A stretch of 64,000 nt of DNA. Source: Candidatus Latescibacterota bacterium (lineage in GTDB: Bacteria > Latescibacterota > UBA2968 > UBA8231). The stretch covers positions 3,040,001-3,104,000 of the forward strand of contig OY730476.1 in assembly GCA_963422735.1 (NCBI GenBank). The letters are read 5' to 3'. The position numbers and the translations under genes were made by a program. The notes under the pieces were generated by a model that was not told where the DNA came from, did not search any database, and saw nothing but the letters and a program-made list of their open reading frames with translations. This document shows, in pieces, positions 50,206-59,769 of this stretch (positions are counted from its first letter, which is position 1; each line of letters starts with the position of its first letter).

Positions 50206-52530
50206 ATGCTTGCCTACCTTTTCTGTATGCTTCTCGCGAGTTCCGCGCTCCACGCAGACGGCCATTACCCGCCCGGCCAGATTCACTTAACGCCCAAGAT
50301 CGACCTCCACCTCGAACCAACGCCTATTGAGGGCCTCCCCGACCGCACCCTCAACCTCCCGCCCGGCTTTAAGGTCAAACTCTTCTCCGACCAAGTAGAT
50401 AAAGCCCGCTTTATGACTTGGGACGACCAAGGCGTCCTGCACGTGGCGAACATGAAGACTCGCGGAAGGAATCAATGGAGCCCGGCCTCCGGTCGCCAAA
50501 GCACGGTGTTAGCCTTGCCCGACAAAGATGGAGACGGTCGCGCTGATACCGCGTACAAGGCTGCTGATGACTTTCACTGGCCCCACAGCGTCGCCTTCTA
50601 CGAGGGAGCACTTTTCGTCGCAGACGACGATGCGATTTATCGCCTTGAAGACCGCGATGCGGATGGCTTCTATGAGCAACGCACCGTCTTCGCCGAGGTG
50701 CCTGGCTTTATGGGTCGTGCCTCTGAGCACGTAACCCATACGCTGGTTTTCGACGAGTCCAATGGCAAGCTCTACTTCCACATTGGTTCAAGTTGCGATT
50801 TGTGCCGCGAAGACGATCTGGAACGGTCCACGGTCATACAGATGAACACCGATGGCACAGGTCGGCGGATTTTTGCCTCCGGGCTGCGCAATGCCATCGG
50901 CCTCGACTTGCACCCGGTCACCGGCGAGCTGTGGGGTGCTGGCAACGGGCACGACCGCGAGGGCCGAGACCTGCCGCCGGAGTGGATCACTCCCATCCGC
51001 GATGGCGGCTTCTATGGCTGGCCCTTGGCTTATGCCTATCAGGTCTGGACTGATTTCTCCATTGGAGCGTATCGACGGGCGCTCTTCCCGCTGACCGATG
51101 CTGATTCGCTGTTGGTTGCCAGCATGGAGCGTCCGGCGGCTCTCGTCCCCGCCCATTTGGCACCCATGGCGCTGCATTTTTACGAGCACGACCAGTTCCC
51201 TTCCCAGTACAAACACGCCGCGTTTGTCGCCTTCCGTGCGGGCGTCTTGGGCAACGATCCGGGCTACAAGGTCATGGCACTCTTTGCCGAGCCGGATGGG
51301 TCCAGCGCCCGCATCGCCGACTTTCTCACCGGCTTCCGTCTCAATCCCAACGAAAAGGCCGTGTGGGGTAAGCCTGTCGGGCTGATTACCGACGAGGCCG
51401 GTCGCCTCTACATGACCAGCGATGATCTCACCCAAGCGGTCTTCCGCATTGAAGCTAGCCCCCTCCAAGGCACGTGGGAAAATCCCCCGCCCGATACTTT
51501 GCTCGTCGGTGCTGCGCTGGTGCTGCGTTCGACGATTCGCCTCCGGCGGCAGGTAGCAGACGCGGAGCTAGCCCGACTGACGGCCAATCTGGCTGCGCTG
51601 GGTGGTCTCGAGGCCTTGCCTTTGCAACGAATAGACGACCAGACCTATCGCCTCGAAGCTGACCTCTCAGCCGGCGAGCACAATGGCCACAAAAAACTGG
51701 TGGTGCATCTCGCCCAAGGCGACGAGGAGACCAAACTGGTGCATTCTATCGTCGTGCTGCCCGGAGAGGATCAAATCCTCTTTGCCGACGAGTTCACTTG
51801 GGATCAAGGCGCACTCTACAGCGCACAACTCGACCCGACCCATACCGATACCGTCTTCGCCGGCCAGCAGGCGATGCGAGTAGAAGCCCGGGGTTTTTCC
51901 ATCGAGTTTCTACCCCGCGAGCCGGTCGCCAACGTCGGCTACGTCGCGTTGCGCTTGGCCCTGCATCCCGGCGCAGCCGTTGGCAGCCTCCGGCCCTCCT
52001 TGGCTTGGGTTGTCAACGGCGATACCGATAATCGGCTGGATATGACGGATCAATTGGACTGGGGGCTGGACCAATGGCAGGTGATTGAGATCGGATTGGA
52101 CAAGCTGGCTTTCGATGGCCCCATCGAATCGATGCGCTTCATCGGCTCCCTGCGCGGAACTTTCTATCTCGACGATATTTACTTGGTCGCTGCCCAGTCC
52201 TCTGAAGGTATTACGGCTGTGCGGGAGGAAGGAGACCAACGAGATGCGCCGCGAGAATTTGCCCTAGAGCCGAACTATCCCAATCCGTTCAATAGCTCCA
52301 CAACCATCCGCTATCGCATCGAAGAGCCGGGCCGGGTGCGCTTGGAAATTTTCGACGTACAGGGCCAGAAGGTGAAGGCGATTACCGACGGCCATGCAGG
52401 ACCGGGCGTTTACCAAGTTGAATGGGATGGGACGGACGCCAGCGGAAAACCTGTGGCTACGGGCGTCTATCTAGCGCGCCTACAGAAGGGCAGCGCCTCA
52501 TTAGTCCACAAGATGCTGTTGCTCAAGTAG
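50206..52530 (+). CDS. Secreted sorbosone/PQQ-sugar-dehydrogenase-like beta-propeller with C-terminal FlgD/secretion-tail domain
   Basis: LPPGFKV, GSSCD, FASGLRNAIG, GFYGWP and GKPVG; C-terminal NYPNPFN..TGVYLARL..KMLLLK. Confidence 0.85.
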   Translation: MLAYLFCMLLASSALHADGHYPPGQIHLTPKIDLHLEPTPIEGLPDRTLNLPPGFKVKLFSDQVDKARFMTWDDQGVLHVANMKTRGRNQWSPASGRQSTVLALPDKDGDGRADTAYKAADDFHWPHSVAFYEGALFVADDDAIYRLEDRDADGFYEQRTVFAEVPGFMGRASEHVTHTLVFDESNGKLYFHIGSSCDLCREDDLERSTVIQMNTDGTGRRIFASGLRNAIGLDLHPVTGELWGAGNGHDREGRDLPPEWITPIRDGGFYGWPLAYAYQVWTDFSIGAYRRALFPLTDADSLLVASMERPAALVPAHLAPMALHFYEHDQFPSQYKHAAFVAFRAGVLGNDPGYKVMALFAEPDGSSARIADFLTGFRLNPNEKAVWGKPVGLITDEAGRLYMTSDDLTQAVFRIEASPLQGTWENPPPDTLLVGAALVLRSTIRLRRQVADAELARLTANLAALGGLEALPLQRIDDQTYRLEADLSAGEHNGHKKLVVHLAQGDEETKLVHSIVVLPGEDQILFADEFTWDQGALYSAQLDPTHTDTVFAGQQAMRVEARGFSIEFLPREPVANVGYVALRLALHPGAAVGSLRPSLAWVVNGDTDNRLDMTDQLDWGLDQWQVIEIGLDKLAFDGPIESMRFIGSLRGTFYLDDIYLVAAQSSEGITAVREEGDQRDAPREFALEPNYPNPFNSSTTIRYRIEEPGRVRLEIFDVQGQKVKAITDGHAGPGVYQVEWDGTDASGKPVATGVYLARLQKGSASLVHKMLLLK

Positions 52531-52532
52531 TC

Positions 52533-52967
52533 GTGCAGCACCTCAACCTCCCGGCCGCGGCTTTTGACATCCGCCAAATCGAAGGCAAGCGCGAGATACT
52601 CGACCCTTTGCGCCGCAAGTACGTGCGATTGACGCCCGAGGAATGGGTGCGGCAGCACTTGGTGCAATACCTAATATCAGACTTGGGCTACCCGCGTGGG
52701 TTGACGGCCATTGAGAAAAGCATTGACCTCCACGGCAAGCGGTTTCGCGCCGATGTCATCGTCCACGACCGCGCGGGTTGTGCCGTGCTAATGGCCGAGT
52801 GCAAAGAGCCGGACGTTCCTATCAGCCATCAGACCTTCGACCAAGTTGCCGCTTACAATCGCGTGGTTCAGGCCCGCTGTCTTTTGGTCACCAATGGCTT
52901 GGTCCACTATTGCTATGTCGCTGATCGCGGCTTCCTCGACCGGATGCCGCGTTACGACGAGCTGTGA
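52533..52967 (+). CDS. Stand-alone type I restriction HsdR N-terminal domain protein
   Basis: DPLRRKYVRLTPEEWVRQH, RADV, ECK, QVAAYN and TNG. Confidence 0.88.
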   Translation: MQHLNLPAAAFDIRQIEGKREILDPLRRKYVRLTPEEWVRQHLVQYLISDLGYPRGLTAIEKSIDLHGKRFRADVIVHDRAGCAVLMAECKEPDVPISHQTFDQVAAYNRVVQARCLLVTNGLVHYCYVADRGFLDRMPRYDEL

Positions 52968-52975
52968 ACGCTTCT

Positions 52976-54187
52976 CTAGCCAGCCCCCGCGCTCCAGAAA
53001 TCCGACACCTCCCCATCCCGCGCGATCATCCTCTCCAACGCCGATAAGTTCCGCATCACGCACCGCGGATGGTGATAGTGCTCTTTTCGGGATACGTGGT
53101 CGGTATAATTCACCTTCCGGTCTCCGCCATACAAATACAACGGGTATCCATACTGCTTGAGCGAAAACCGCTCTTCTACACAATCGAAAATTCGTCCAAA
53201 CCACTCCGCTGCCCACTCCAACCCAGCGTGTTCCAACAGAATCAGACAGCCTATCAACGCCTCTTCCTGCAACCAGAGCACCTTGTCGAAGGTATAGGTT
53301 CCGTGTACGTGCATCGCACGGAAAAGCCCGCCATAGACGTCGTCCCAAGCCACTTCGAGATGGCGGCGGAAGCGCGTGGCGGCCAGATCAAAGAGCGCGC
53401 GATCTCTGCGGCGCATTGCTTCGGGCAGCAGCATCCACAGCGTCTCGATTGCGTGGCCTAAGTAGATAAAGTCCTCGTTGGGGTCGTCGGGCCGTCTGTA
53501 ATCATAGTCCAATGCCTCGTTCATCAGGCGGTACTCGGGATGCCAGAAGCGATGGACAATCGCATCGACGACTCGGTCGGAGAGTGCTTCCAACTTGGGG
53601 TCGTCAACCTGTTCAAGTAGTTGTGTCAATACCAAGACTAGCACCATCTGGTTGCCTAGTATCCGCATCCCAGAATAGTTATGTGGGATATACCTTTCCT
53701 CTGCGAAGCGCTCGGGATCGTCAAAAAAAGAAACCGACCGCCAGAGGCTAGCGATGGCGGTTTCGAGGGCCTCTGCGTCGCCGGTTGCCCGGGCGTAGGC
53801 CTGTAGTCCCTCGGCGACGAAAAGGCCCTCGTAGCCTCGCTTCGTAGCCGGCGAGACGACCCGCCCCTTCCGATCCAACGCCGTTACCCAATCGCCTGCT
53901 TGGTCTCGGCCATGAGCGAGGAGAAAGTCGCGTACCTTGCGCGCCACCTGTAAGTGTTCCTCCCCGCCAAAGTGCTGGTACAGATAGGAGTATGTCCACA
54001 GGCCGCGACCCTGATACCAGATGTTTTTGCTGTCTTCTACGCGAGTGCCGTCGTGATCTAGGGCGCAGATAAACCCGCCCAACTCGTGATCTATGCCGTA
54101 CTTGTCCCAAAAGGGCAGATACTCTTCGAAGAGGTAATGCCGATAGTGGTCCCTGAGAGCGATCAGGCTTTTCCCCGCTATATCCAC
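52976..54187 (-). CDS. N-acylglucosamine 2-epimerase (AGE) family
   Basis: LPFW..GGF, KNIWYQGR, GHAIE and HYHHPR; GGAGGAGG RBS before GTG. Confidence 0.88.
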   Translation of the reverse strand: MDIAGKSLIALRDHYRHYLFEEYLPFWDKYGIDHELGGFICALDHDGTRVEDSKNIWYQGRGLWTYSYLYQHFGGEEHLQVARKVRDFLLAHGRDQAGDWVTALDRKGRVVSPATKRGYEGLFVAEGLQAYARATGDAEALETAIASLWRSVSFFDDPERFAEERYIPHNYSGMRILGNQMVLVLVLTQLLEQVDDPKLEALSDRVVDAIVHRFWHPEYRLMNEALDYDYRRPDDPNEDFIYLGHAIETLWMLLPEAMRRRDRALFDLAATRFRRHLEVAWDDVYGGLFRAMHVHGTYTFDKVLWLQEEALIGCLILLEHAGLEWAAEWFGRIFDCVEERFSLKQYGYPLYLYGGDRKVNYTDHVSRKEHYHHPRCVMRNLSALERMIARDGEVSDFWSAGAG

Positions 54188-54203
54188 GCTGTCCTCCTCC
54201 AAG

Positions 54204-55100
54204 TTAATCCAAGTCGAGTTTGGGGCGGCCTTGGCCATCGATGTGCAAAGAAGCCCGCGTCTCCCCCTTTTCGTCGTAAAAGTCCAGCCGAGGGTTCCCG
54301 CCGGTCGGTAAGCCTAACCCTGCGCGGAAACGCTGTTCCTCGTCGAGGACCCCAAGCCAAGCGATTCCCTCTTCCAGTACCCCGACGATGGTGCGCGTGT
54401 GGCTGTCTTGATCGTGCATTTCAAGCAAGGTCATGCCATCGGCCCGCACGCTCAGTGTGGCACGCACCTCGCCTTGGGCATCGCAGAGCTTGAGCGAAGG
54501 CACTTCTTCGTCTTCGAGGCCGCTCTGCAGCCGCATCCGTCCTTGGGCATCGAAGAAACTCAGCCGCATTGCGCCGGCGTGGCCGCTGCCCAAGCCAGCG
54601 CGAGGCCGCCCGGTCTCGTCGTAAAAGGCCAAACTGCCGGCCCCGTCCTCGCTCAGCGAAAGGCCCGCCCGCACTTCGCCCCGCTCGTCGTAGAGTTCCA
54701 GCAGCGGAGCCTTATCGCTCCCCAGCCGCAAGTCGGCCCGCACTTGTCCTTCTCGGTCGCGCAACTTAAGCCCATTGCTCATCACGGCGGTAATTCCACC
54801 GTCGGCATCCCTCAGCTCCAGCTCGCCGCCATTGGGGCCTTGCACCAATTGAGCCAGTAGTTGGTGCTCGTCGCCGCGCAATACAAAACGCCGTGCCTGC
54901 ACCGTCCCCCCCCGCCAACGCGCGACGAGCAGCCCCAGCGAGACCAGCAGTGCCGCTCCACTGGCTAAACCCACTAGATAGACGACGCGCTCCAACTCCT
55001 CCAAGTCCTTCCTCAACGCATCCTCTTCTATAGGCTGAGCCCCGCCAAACGAGTTGAGCAGGACCAGCAATTGCACCGCCCTTAGCCAATGGATCGACAT
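54204..55100 (-). CDS. Membrane-anchored hypothetical protein with ~23-aa tandem repeats
   Basis: Signal/TM segments followed by about 8-9 L.[FLM].D..G..RA.L units. Confidence 0.75.
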   Translation of the reverse strand: MSIHWLRAVQLLVLLNSFGGAQPIEEDALRKDLEELERVVYLVGLASGAALLVSLGLLVARWRGGTVQARRFVLRGDEHQLLAQLVQGPNGGELELRDADGGITAVMSNGLKLRDREGQVRADLRLGSDKAPLLELYDERGEVRAGLSLSEDGAGSLAFYDETGRPRAGLGSGHAGAMRLSFFDAQGRMRLQSGLEDEEVPSLKLCDAQGEVRATLSVRADGMTLLEMHDQDSHTRTIVGVLEEGIAWLGVLDEEQRFRAGLGLPTGGNPRLDFYDEKGETRASLHIDGQGRPKLDLD

Positions 55101-55123
55101 GCCGCAGTTTTCCGTTTCAGGCC

Positions 55124-56113
55124 CTAGGCAGTTTGCGCTTCTTTGTTCACGGCTTGGATCATGGCGATGATATACCCGAACTGAAAGGCCCAAGCTTGGC
55201 GCACCCGGCCCGAAACGCCTTCGGGTGCCTTGTCGTCGGGGTGGGACGGCGCGTGGTCGGGCATCAGCATGTATTCATAGCCTACGTCTCTCAGGGTGCG
55301 CGCCACTTCGTGCATGTCCACGTCGCCTTCGTCGGGCCAGACCTCTTGGAAATTGTGCAGCCCACCCTTGATGTTGCGGTAGTGGATGTTGAAGAGCTTT
55401 CCCCGCTCGCCGAAGTAGCGCACGATATGGCAGAGTTCTGCGGCCGGATTTTCCAAGCCCTCAGACGCCACGCCGCAGCAAAAATTAAAGCCGTGATACG
55501 GGCTATCGACCAGCTCGGAAAAGCGCTTGAGCCCCTCCATCACCGGCCAGTTCCAGCGCTCGACGCCACGCAGGACGGGAGCTGGTGGGTCGTTGAGATG
55601 GCAGGCCATCTGCACCTTGTTTTCCTCGGCGACCGGAATCACGCGCTCGAGCCAGTAGGCGGCCCGCTCAAACGCCTCTTCGCGGCTGACCACGCCCGCT
55701 TCGCTCAGCGTTTCGTTGTCGAATTTCGAGAGGTCAAATGAGCTGTACATCACGCCCCCGCGCCCAAGCGTAGGCTCGGTGCGCTGATGCGGCAGGATGC
55801 AGAAGTTGTAAAGCAACGCCCGCAGCCCGGCTTTCCCCGCGTTTTCGATCCAGCGGCAGACCTCGTCGAGGTCCCGGTCTCGCTGCGGGTCCTGTGCCAG
55901 CGTGATGCTTGGCGGTACGCCGATGTGGATCGACTCCAAGCTCACTCCATACTCAGCGGCTTCCTCTTTATGCCGCACCAAGGTCTCGACCTCGTTGTTC
56001 TCAACCGAGGCATCCATGTGAGTCACCCCGTGCCGCACCAGAAACTCCAGCTCCACCTTTGAGGTCCCAATCCCCTGCACCCCGACGTGCATTCCGCTTT
56101 GCCCGTCGTTCAT
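55124..56113 (-). CDS. Mannonate dehydratase (UxuA family)
   Basis: YNF, CHLNDPP, NFCCG, IHYRNI, DEGDVDM and MPDHAP. Confidence 0.85.
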   Translation of the reverse strand: MNDGQSGMHVGVQGIGTSKVELEFLVRHGVTHMDASVENNEVETLVRHKEEAAEYGVSLESIHIGVPPSITLAQDPQRDRDLDEVCRWIENAGKAGLRALLYNFCILPHQRTEPTLGRGGVMYSSFDLSKFDNETLSEAGVVSREEAFERAAYWLERVIPVAEENKVQMACHLNDPPAPVLRGVERWNWPVMEGLKRFSELVDSPYHGFNFCCGVASEGLENPAAELCHIVRYFGERGKLFNIHYRNIKGGLHNFQEVWPDEGDVDMHEVARTLRDVGYEYMLMPDHAPSHPDDKAPEGVSGRVRQAWAFQFGYIIAMIQAVNKEAQTA

Positions 56114-56155
56114 TTCCGTTGCTCCTTTCTATCAAAATGGCAAAATGGACCACCA

Positions 56156-56941
56156 CTAGGCCGATGCTCCTGAATAGTGCTGCACCCCCCACAACCAAAA
56201 CGCCCGCGCCCCCACCAGCATTCCCCCTGCCATCGCCAACGCTCCCCCCAACACCTCCGGCGACAACCGCCCCACCAGTGCCTCCGACGGCACGGTCACC
56301 GCAAAGGCCACTGGTACCAGAAAGGTCATCGCCATTTTGAGCCAACGCGGGTAGATTGCCACCGGATACTTGCCCGCGCTGTAAACGGCCTGAAAGATGA
56401 CTAGAATATTCTCCGCTTTGATAAACCAGAACGTAGTTGTTGCTAGCACCAGCCAAAAACTGTAGACGATTGCCGCACCAGCCGCAAGCGTCAGGGCAAA
56501 TCCCGCCGCGTGTGCAAGGCTCGTCCGCATCCCGATCTCAACTAGGGCAACGGCAATCAGTGCCACCCCCTGCACTACGTCCAAGAACTTCCAGATCCGC
56601 ACCTCGCCGATACTCACTAGCACTTGTGCATCCTCCGGCTTGGTGAGAGTAAAGTCCAGCGTACCTAGGCGCACATCGTCCATAAAGCGCTGCATCGATG
56701 GCTGGATTAGCGCACCAATCAGGCCGCTCATCAGGAAGAAGACCCCCAAGAGGGCTACCAGTTCGGCTGGCTGCCAGCCGCCCAGTTCCTCGGTGTGCGA
56801 AAAAATCACCGCCAAACCCGCCAGTGCGACCCCCAGATTGAGCAAGCTCTGCACTAGCTGCACCCAGAAATTGGCTTGGTACGCCAGTTCGTTCATCGCG
56901 CCGATGCGCAGGAAGATCCACAGCAGTCGCAAATAGTTCAC
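56156..56941 (-). CDS. ABC-2 family permease (DUF990-like)
   Basis: VRLGTLDFTLTKP and KYPVAIYP; GTG overlaps the upstream TGA. Confidence 0.87.
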   Translation of the reverse strand: MNYLRLLWIFLRIGAMNELAYQANFWVQLVQSLLNLGVALAGLAVIFSHTEELGGWQPAELVALLGVFFLMSGLIGALIQPSMQRFMDDVRLGTLDFTLTKPEDAQVLVSIGEVRIWKFLDVVQGVALIAVALVEIGMRTSLAHAAGFALTLAAGAAIVYSFWLVLATTTFWFIKAENILVIFQAVYSAGKYPVAIYPRWLKMAMTFLVPVAFAVTVPSEALVGRLSPEVLGGALAMAGGMLVGARAFWLWGVQHYSGASA

Positions 56942-57741
56942 GAGCCAACCGCCGAGTATCTGCGTACGCCCTGCGACCAAACTGCGGCCAGAATCCTCCA
57001 GCTCAGCCCCAGCCACACCACCTGCGCGGCCACGCCCCAGAGCACCTCGGTGGGTGTGAGTCGGCCGAGCAGAAGTTCGGTAGGAAAAGCTAGCATCCAG
57101 CGGAAGGGCAAAAGCGCGGCCAGCGTCTGGAGCCACTCGGGCAAAAGAGACAGCGGTGCCATCTGGCCGGAAAAGAAAAGCAAGGCCGCGAAGTAGACCT
57201 GGTTGGCCGCGGCCGTGCGCGTGGTCCACAGGGCCACTAAAGCCAGTGCCCACTCGGCGAAAAAGCGCATTATGAACGCCAGCAGGATGACAGGTATCCA
57301 AGCCCAAATTGCCCAAGTCGGCGGGTCGAAGACGGGATCGAAGAGCCAGATCATTAACCCCATCGTCGGCAGCATCACCGTTAGGGTCAGAAACTTGTAG
57401 GAGATATTCGTGGCAATGTCGCGGTGGATCGGGTGCAGCGGCTGGAGCAGGAGCGGCGAGAAGCCCCCCGACCGCACCCGATATTCAAATTCGTACATAA
57501 ACCAAGTAAAGGTCAGGTGGCTCATCAGCATCATGGCGATGTAGTAGGCGGCGAAGTCCCCGCTGGAAAAGCCCCCCACCTGCCCGCCCTGCGAGCGGGC
57601 CACCGCCGTCCACACCGAAAGGAAGACCAGTGCCTCGACGATGCGACCGATCAGCCAGATTGCCATCGCCGCCCGGTACTGGAACTGCACGGCTAGGTCG
57701 GTGCGGAAGAGCGCGGTGTAGATGCCCGCTAGACCCCTCAT
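56938..57741 (-). CDS. ABC-2 family permease
   Basis: QYR, LLQPL and FFSGQMAPLSLLP. Confidence 0.87.
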   Translation of the reverse strand: MRGLAGIYTALFRTDLAVQFQYRAAMAIWLIGRIVEALVFLSVWTAVARSQGGQVGGFSSGDFAAYYIAMMLMSHLTFTWFMYEFEYRVRSGGFSPLLLQPLHPIHRDIATNISYKFLTLTVMLPTMGLMIWLFDPVFDPPTWAIWAWIPVILLAFIMRFFAEWALALVALWTTRTAAANQVYFAALLFFSGQMAPLSLLPEWLQTLAALLPFRWMLAFPTELLLGRLTPTEVLWGVAAQVVWLGLSWRILAAVWSQGVRRYSAVGS

Positions 57742-58712
57742 GCCTGCTCAAAGACCTCTTCGATCACGTCCTCAATCGGCGGATCCTCCACCGTCAGATC
57801 GAGAACGGGTTGCTCGCTGAGGAGCCGTCCGGTCGCCTGCGCTGTCTCCGCCTTGGGCACCCGCAGCGATACGCGCCCCTCGCTACTGGCGACGATCTCT
57901 CCATAGTTGCCGAGGTCTCCGTGCCCGTTTTCCAGTTCGACAATGATCGTCTTGTGCGGTGAGAAGCGCTGCACAAGCTCGGTGAGCTGGCCGTCGAAGA
58001 GCAGCAGTCCGCGGTGGATTACCACCACTCGTTTGCACAGCGCCTCGACGTCGGCCATGTAGTGGCTGGTAAGGAGCACGGTGGCACCGTAGCGCTGATT
58101 GTATTCGGTTAAAAAGGCGCGGATCCGACGCTGCATGGTCACGTCGAGGCCGATGGTCGGCTCATCGAGGAAGAGGACTTGTGGCTTGTGCAAAAGTGCG
58201 GCGGCAACTTCGCACTTCATGCGCTCACCCAAAGAGAGGTTGCGCACGGGCTTGTCGAGAAGCGCACCCAAGTCGAGAAGCGCGGTCAATTCGTCGACCG
58301 TTTGCAGGTACGCGCCCCGCTCTAGGCGGTAGATGGCTCGGTTGCGTTCAAAGGAGTCGATTACGGGGATGTCCCAGAGTAGCTGGTTGCGATTGCCCAT
58401 CACCAAAGTGATCTGGCGGAGGAAATCGCGCTGCCGTTTGAACGGCTCAAAACCGAGGACTCGGCCGTGCCCGCCGGAAGGATACAGGAGGCCCGAAAGC
58501 ATCTTGAGGCTGGTGGTCTTGCCCGCGCCATTAGGCCCTAAAAAGCCGACGATTTCACCGGGAGCGACCTCAAAGCTGATCCCTTTGACGGCCTCGACCT
58601 GGCGCGTCTGGCGCTGCACTAGGCTCTTGAATGCCGCGGCCAAGCCGCCTTCGCGCACGGGGACCGCATAGGTTTTGCTCAGTTCGCGGACATCAATGGC
58701 GAGCACTGCCAA
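57738..58712 (-). CDS. ABC transporter ATP-binding protein
   Basis: GPNGAGKTT, LSLGERMK and FLDEPTIGLD. Confidence 0.93.
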   Translation of the reverse strand: MAVLAIDVRELSKTYAVPVREGGLAAAFKSLVQRQTRQVEAVKGISFEVAPGEIVGFLGPNGAGKTTSLKMLSGLLYPSGGHGRVLGFEPFKRQRDFLRQITLVMGNRNQLLWDIPVIDSFERNRAIYRLERGAYLQTVDELTALLDLGALLDKPVRNLSLGERMKCEVAAALLHKPQVLFLDEPTIGLDVTMQRRIRAFLTEYNQRYGATVLLTSHYMADVEALCKRVVVIHRGLLLFDGQLTELVQRFSPHKTIIVELENGHGDLGNYGEIVASSEGRVSLRVPKAETAQATGRLLSEQPVLDLTVEDPPIEDVIEEVFEQA

Positions 58713-58832
58713 GGGTTTCGCTTCTCCGGGTTAGAGGGGGGTGAAGCAGGCGTGCCAAGGGCGAATATAACCGAAAGGATTAACAGGGAAAATCAGCTAC
58801 CGGCGCGCCTCCATTGCCGAAGATGCCCGATT

Positions 58833-59444
58833 CTAGGCGAGGGGGCGGCCGCAGAGCCGGGTGCGCATGGAATCAAGGGGGAAAGCTGGGCCGGGATCGA
58901 CCTTGCGCGAGGGGGCGATTTCCTCGTGGCCGAGAATGTATTGGATGCCGTAGCGTTGGATCAGCGCGGAGCAAATCGCCTCGACGACTGCTAGCTGTTC
59001 GCTTGTGTAGCGGTGCCAGTAGGAGTCCTCTGACTGGTTGCGATGTACGCCGCACACCACTTCCTCGGGCGGGTACATCTGCCCAAACCACGATTCGTAG
59101 CGGCCATTCCGCTCGCAAAGCTGACCGGCGTTATCGATCTCGATGCCGATCGCATACTTGTTGAACCCGGAACGCGTCCCCCACTGGCTCACGCCAGCAT
59201 GCCAGCCGATGATATCGAAGGGCAACAACTGCGTCACCGCGCCGTTGCGGGCAACCACTAGATGGGCCGAAACCTTGTTTTCTCGCTTGTCGTCGCAGAG
59301 GGTGTGGATGGCCGCCTCGGCGCTGGCTGTGGCCGTAAAGTGAATGATGATCGCGTCGGGTGCGCCTGGGGCAAATGGGCCGCCTTGGTTGGGCGATTCG
59401 ATGTAGTTGACGCCTTTGAGTTGGTGATCAAGGTCTATTTCCAT
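58833..59444 (-). CDS. N-acetylmuramoyl-L-alanine amidase (Amidase_2/AmpD-like)
   Basis: IIIHFT, VSAH, WHAG, IGIEIDN and GHEEIAPSRKVDPG. Confidence 0.92.
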   Translation of the reverse strand: MEIDLDHQLKGVNYIESPNQGGPFAPGAPDAIIIHFTATASAEAAIHTLCDDKRENKVSAHLVVARNGAVTQLLPFDIIGWHAGVSQWGTRSGFNKYAIGIEIDNAGQLCERNGRYESWFGQMYPPEEVVCGVHRNQSEDSYWHRYTSEQLAVVEAICSALIQRYGIQYILGHEEIAPSRKVDPGPAFPLDSMRTRLCGRPLA

Positions 59445-59554
59445 AATCACTTCAGTAGAAGATGCGTTCTCTGCAACGGGCGCGGAGGCTGCAATGTAGA
59501 GGGCCGATTTCGTTATAAGTAGCTATCTAGTTTTATTATAATGTATATTTATGT

Positions 59555-59688
59555 TGTCATGCTGACGAAGTATCTTTTAACCTGTACGTTGATGGATGCA
59601 GCAGATTCTTCGCTTCACCGCGCCTTGTCCTTAGGCGTAAACAAGGCCGGGTGAAGCTGGCGCGACCTCCGCTTCGCTCAGAATGACA
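59555..59688. repeat. REP-like inverted-repeat element with a nested hairpin insert
   Basis: Left end TGTCATGCTGACGAAGTATCT; right end AGATTCTTC[insert]GCTTCGCTCAGAATGACA. Confidence 0.65.
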
Positions 59689-59769
59689 GGGCAATTAGGG
59701 CAATTAAGGTATATTATACAAAATACGAAAATGCTTCGAGCTTCACCGACCCTTTAGGGTTAACTACCC

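Noticed and set aside
52533-52967. Type I restriction-modification or defence system
   Set aside because: Only a stand-alone HsdR N-terminal domain; no hsdM, hsdS or helicase nearby.
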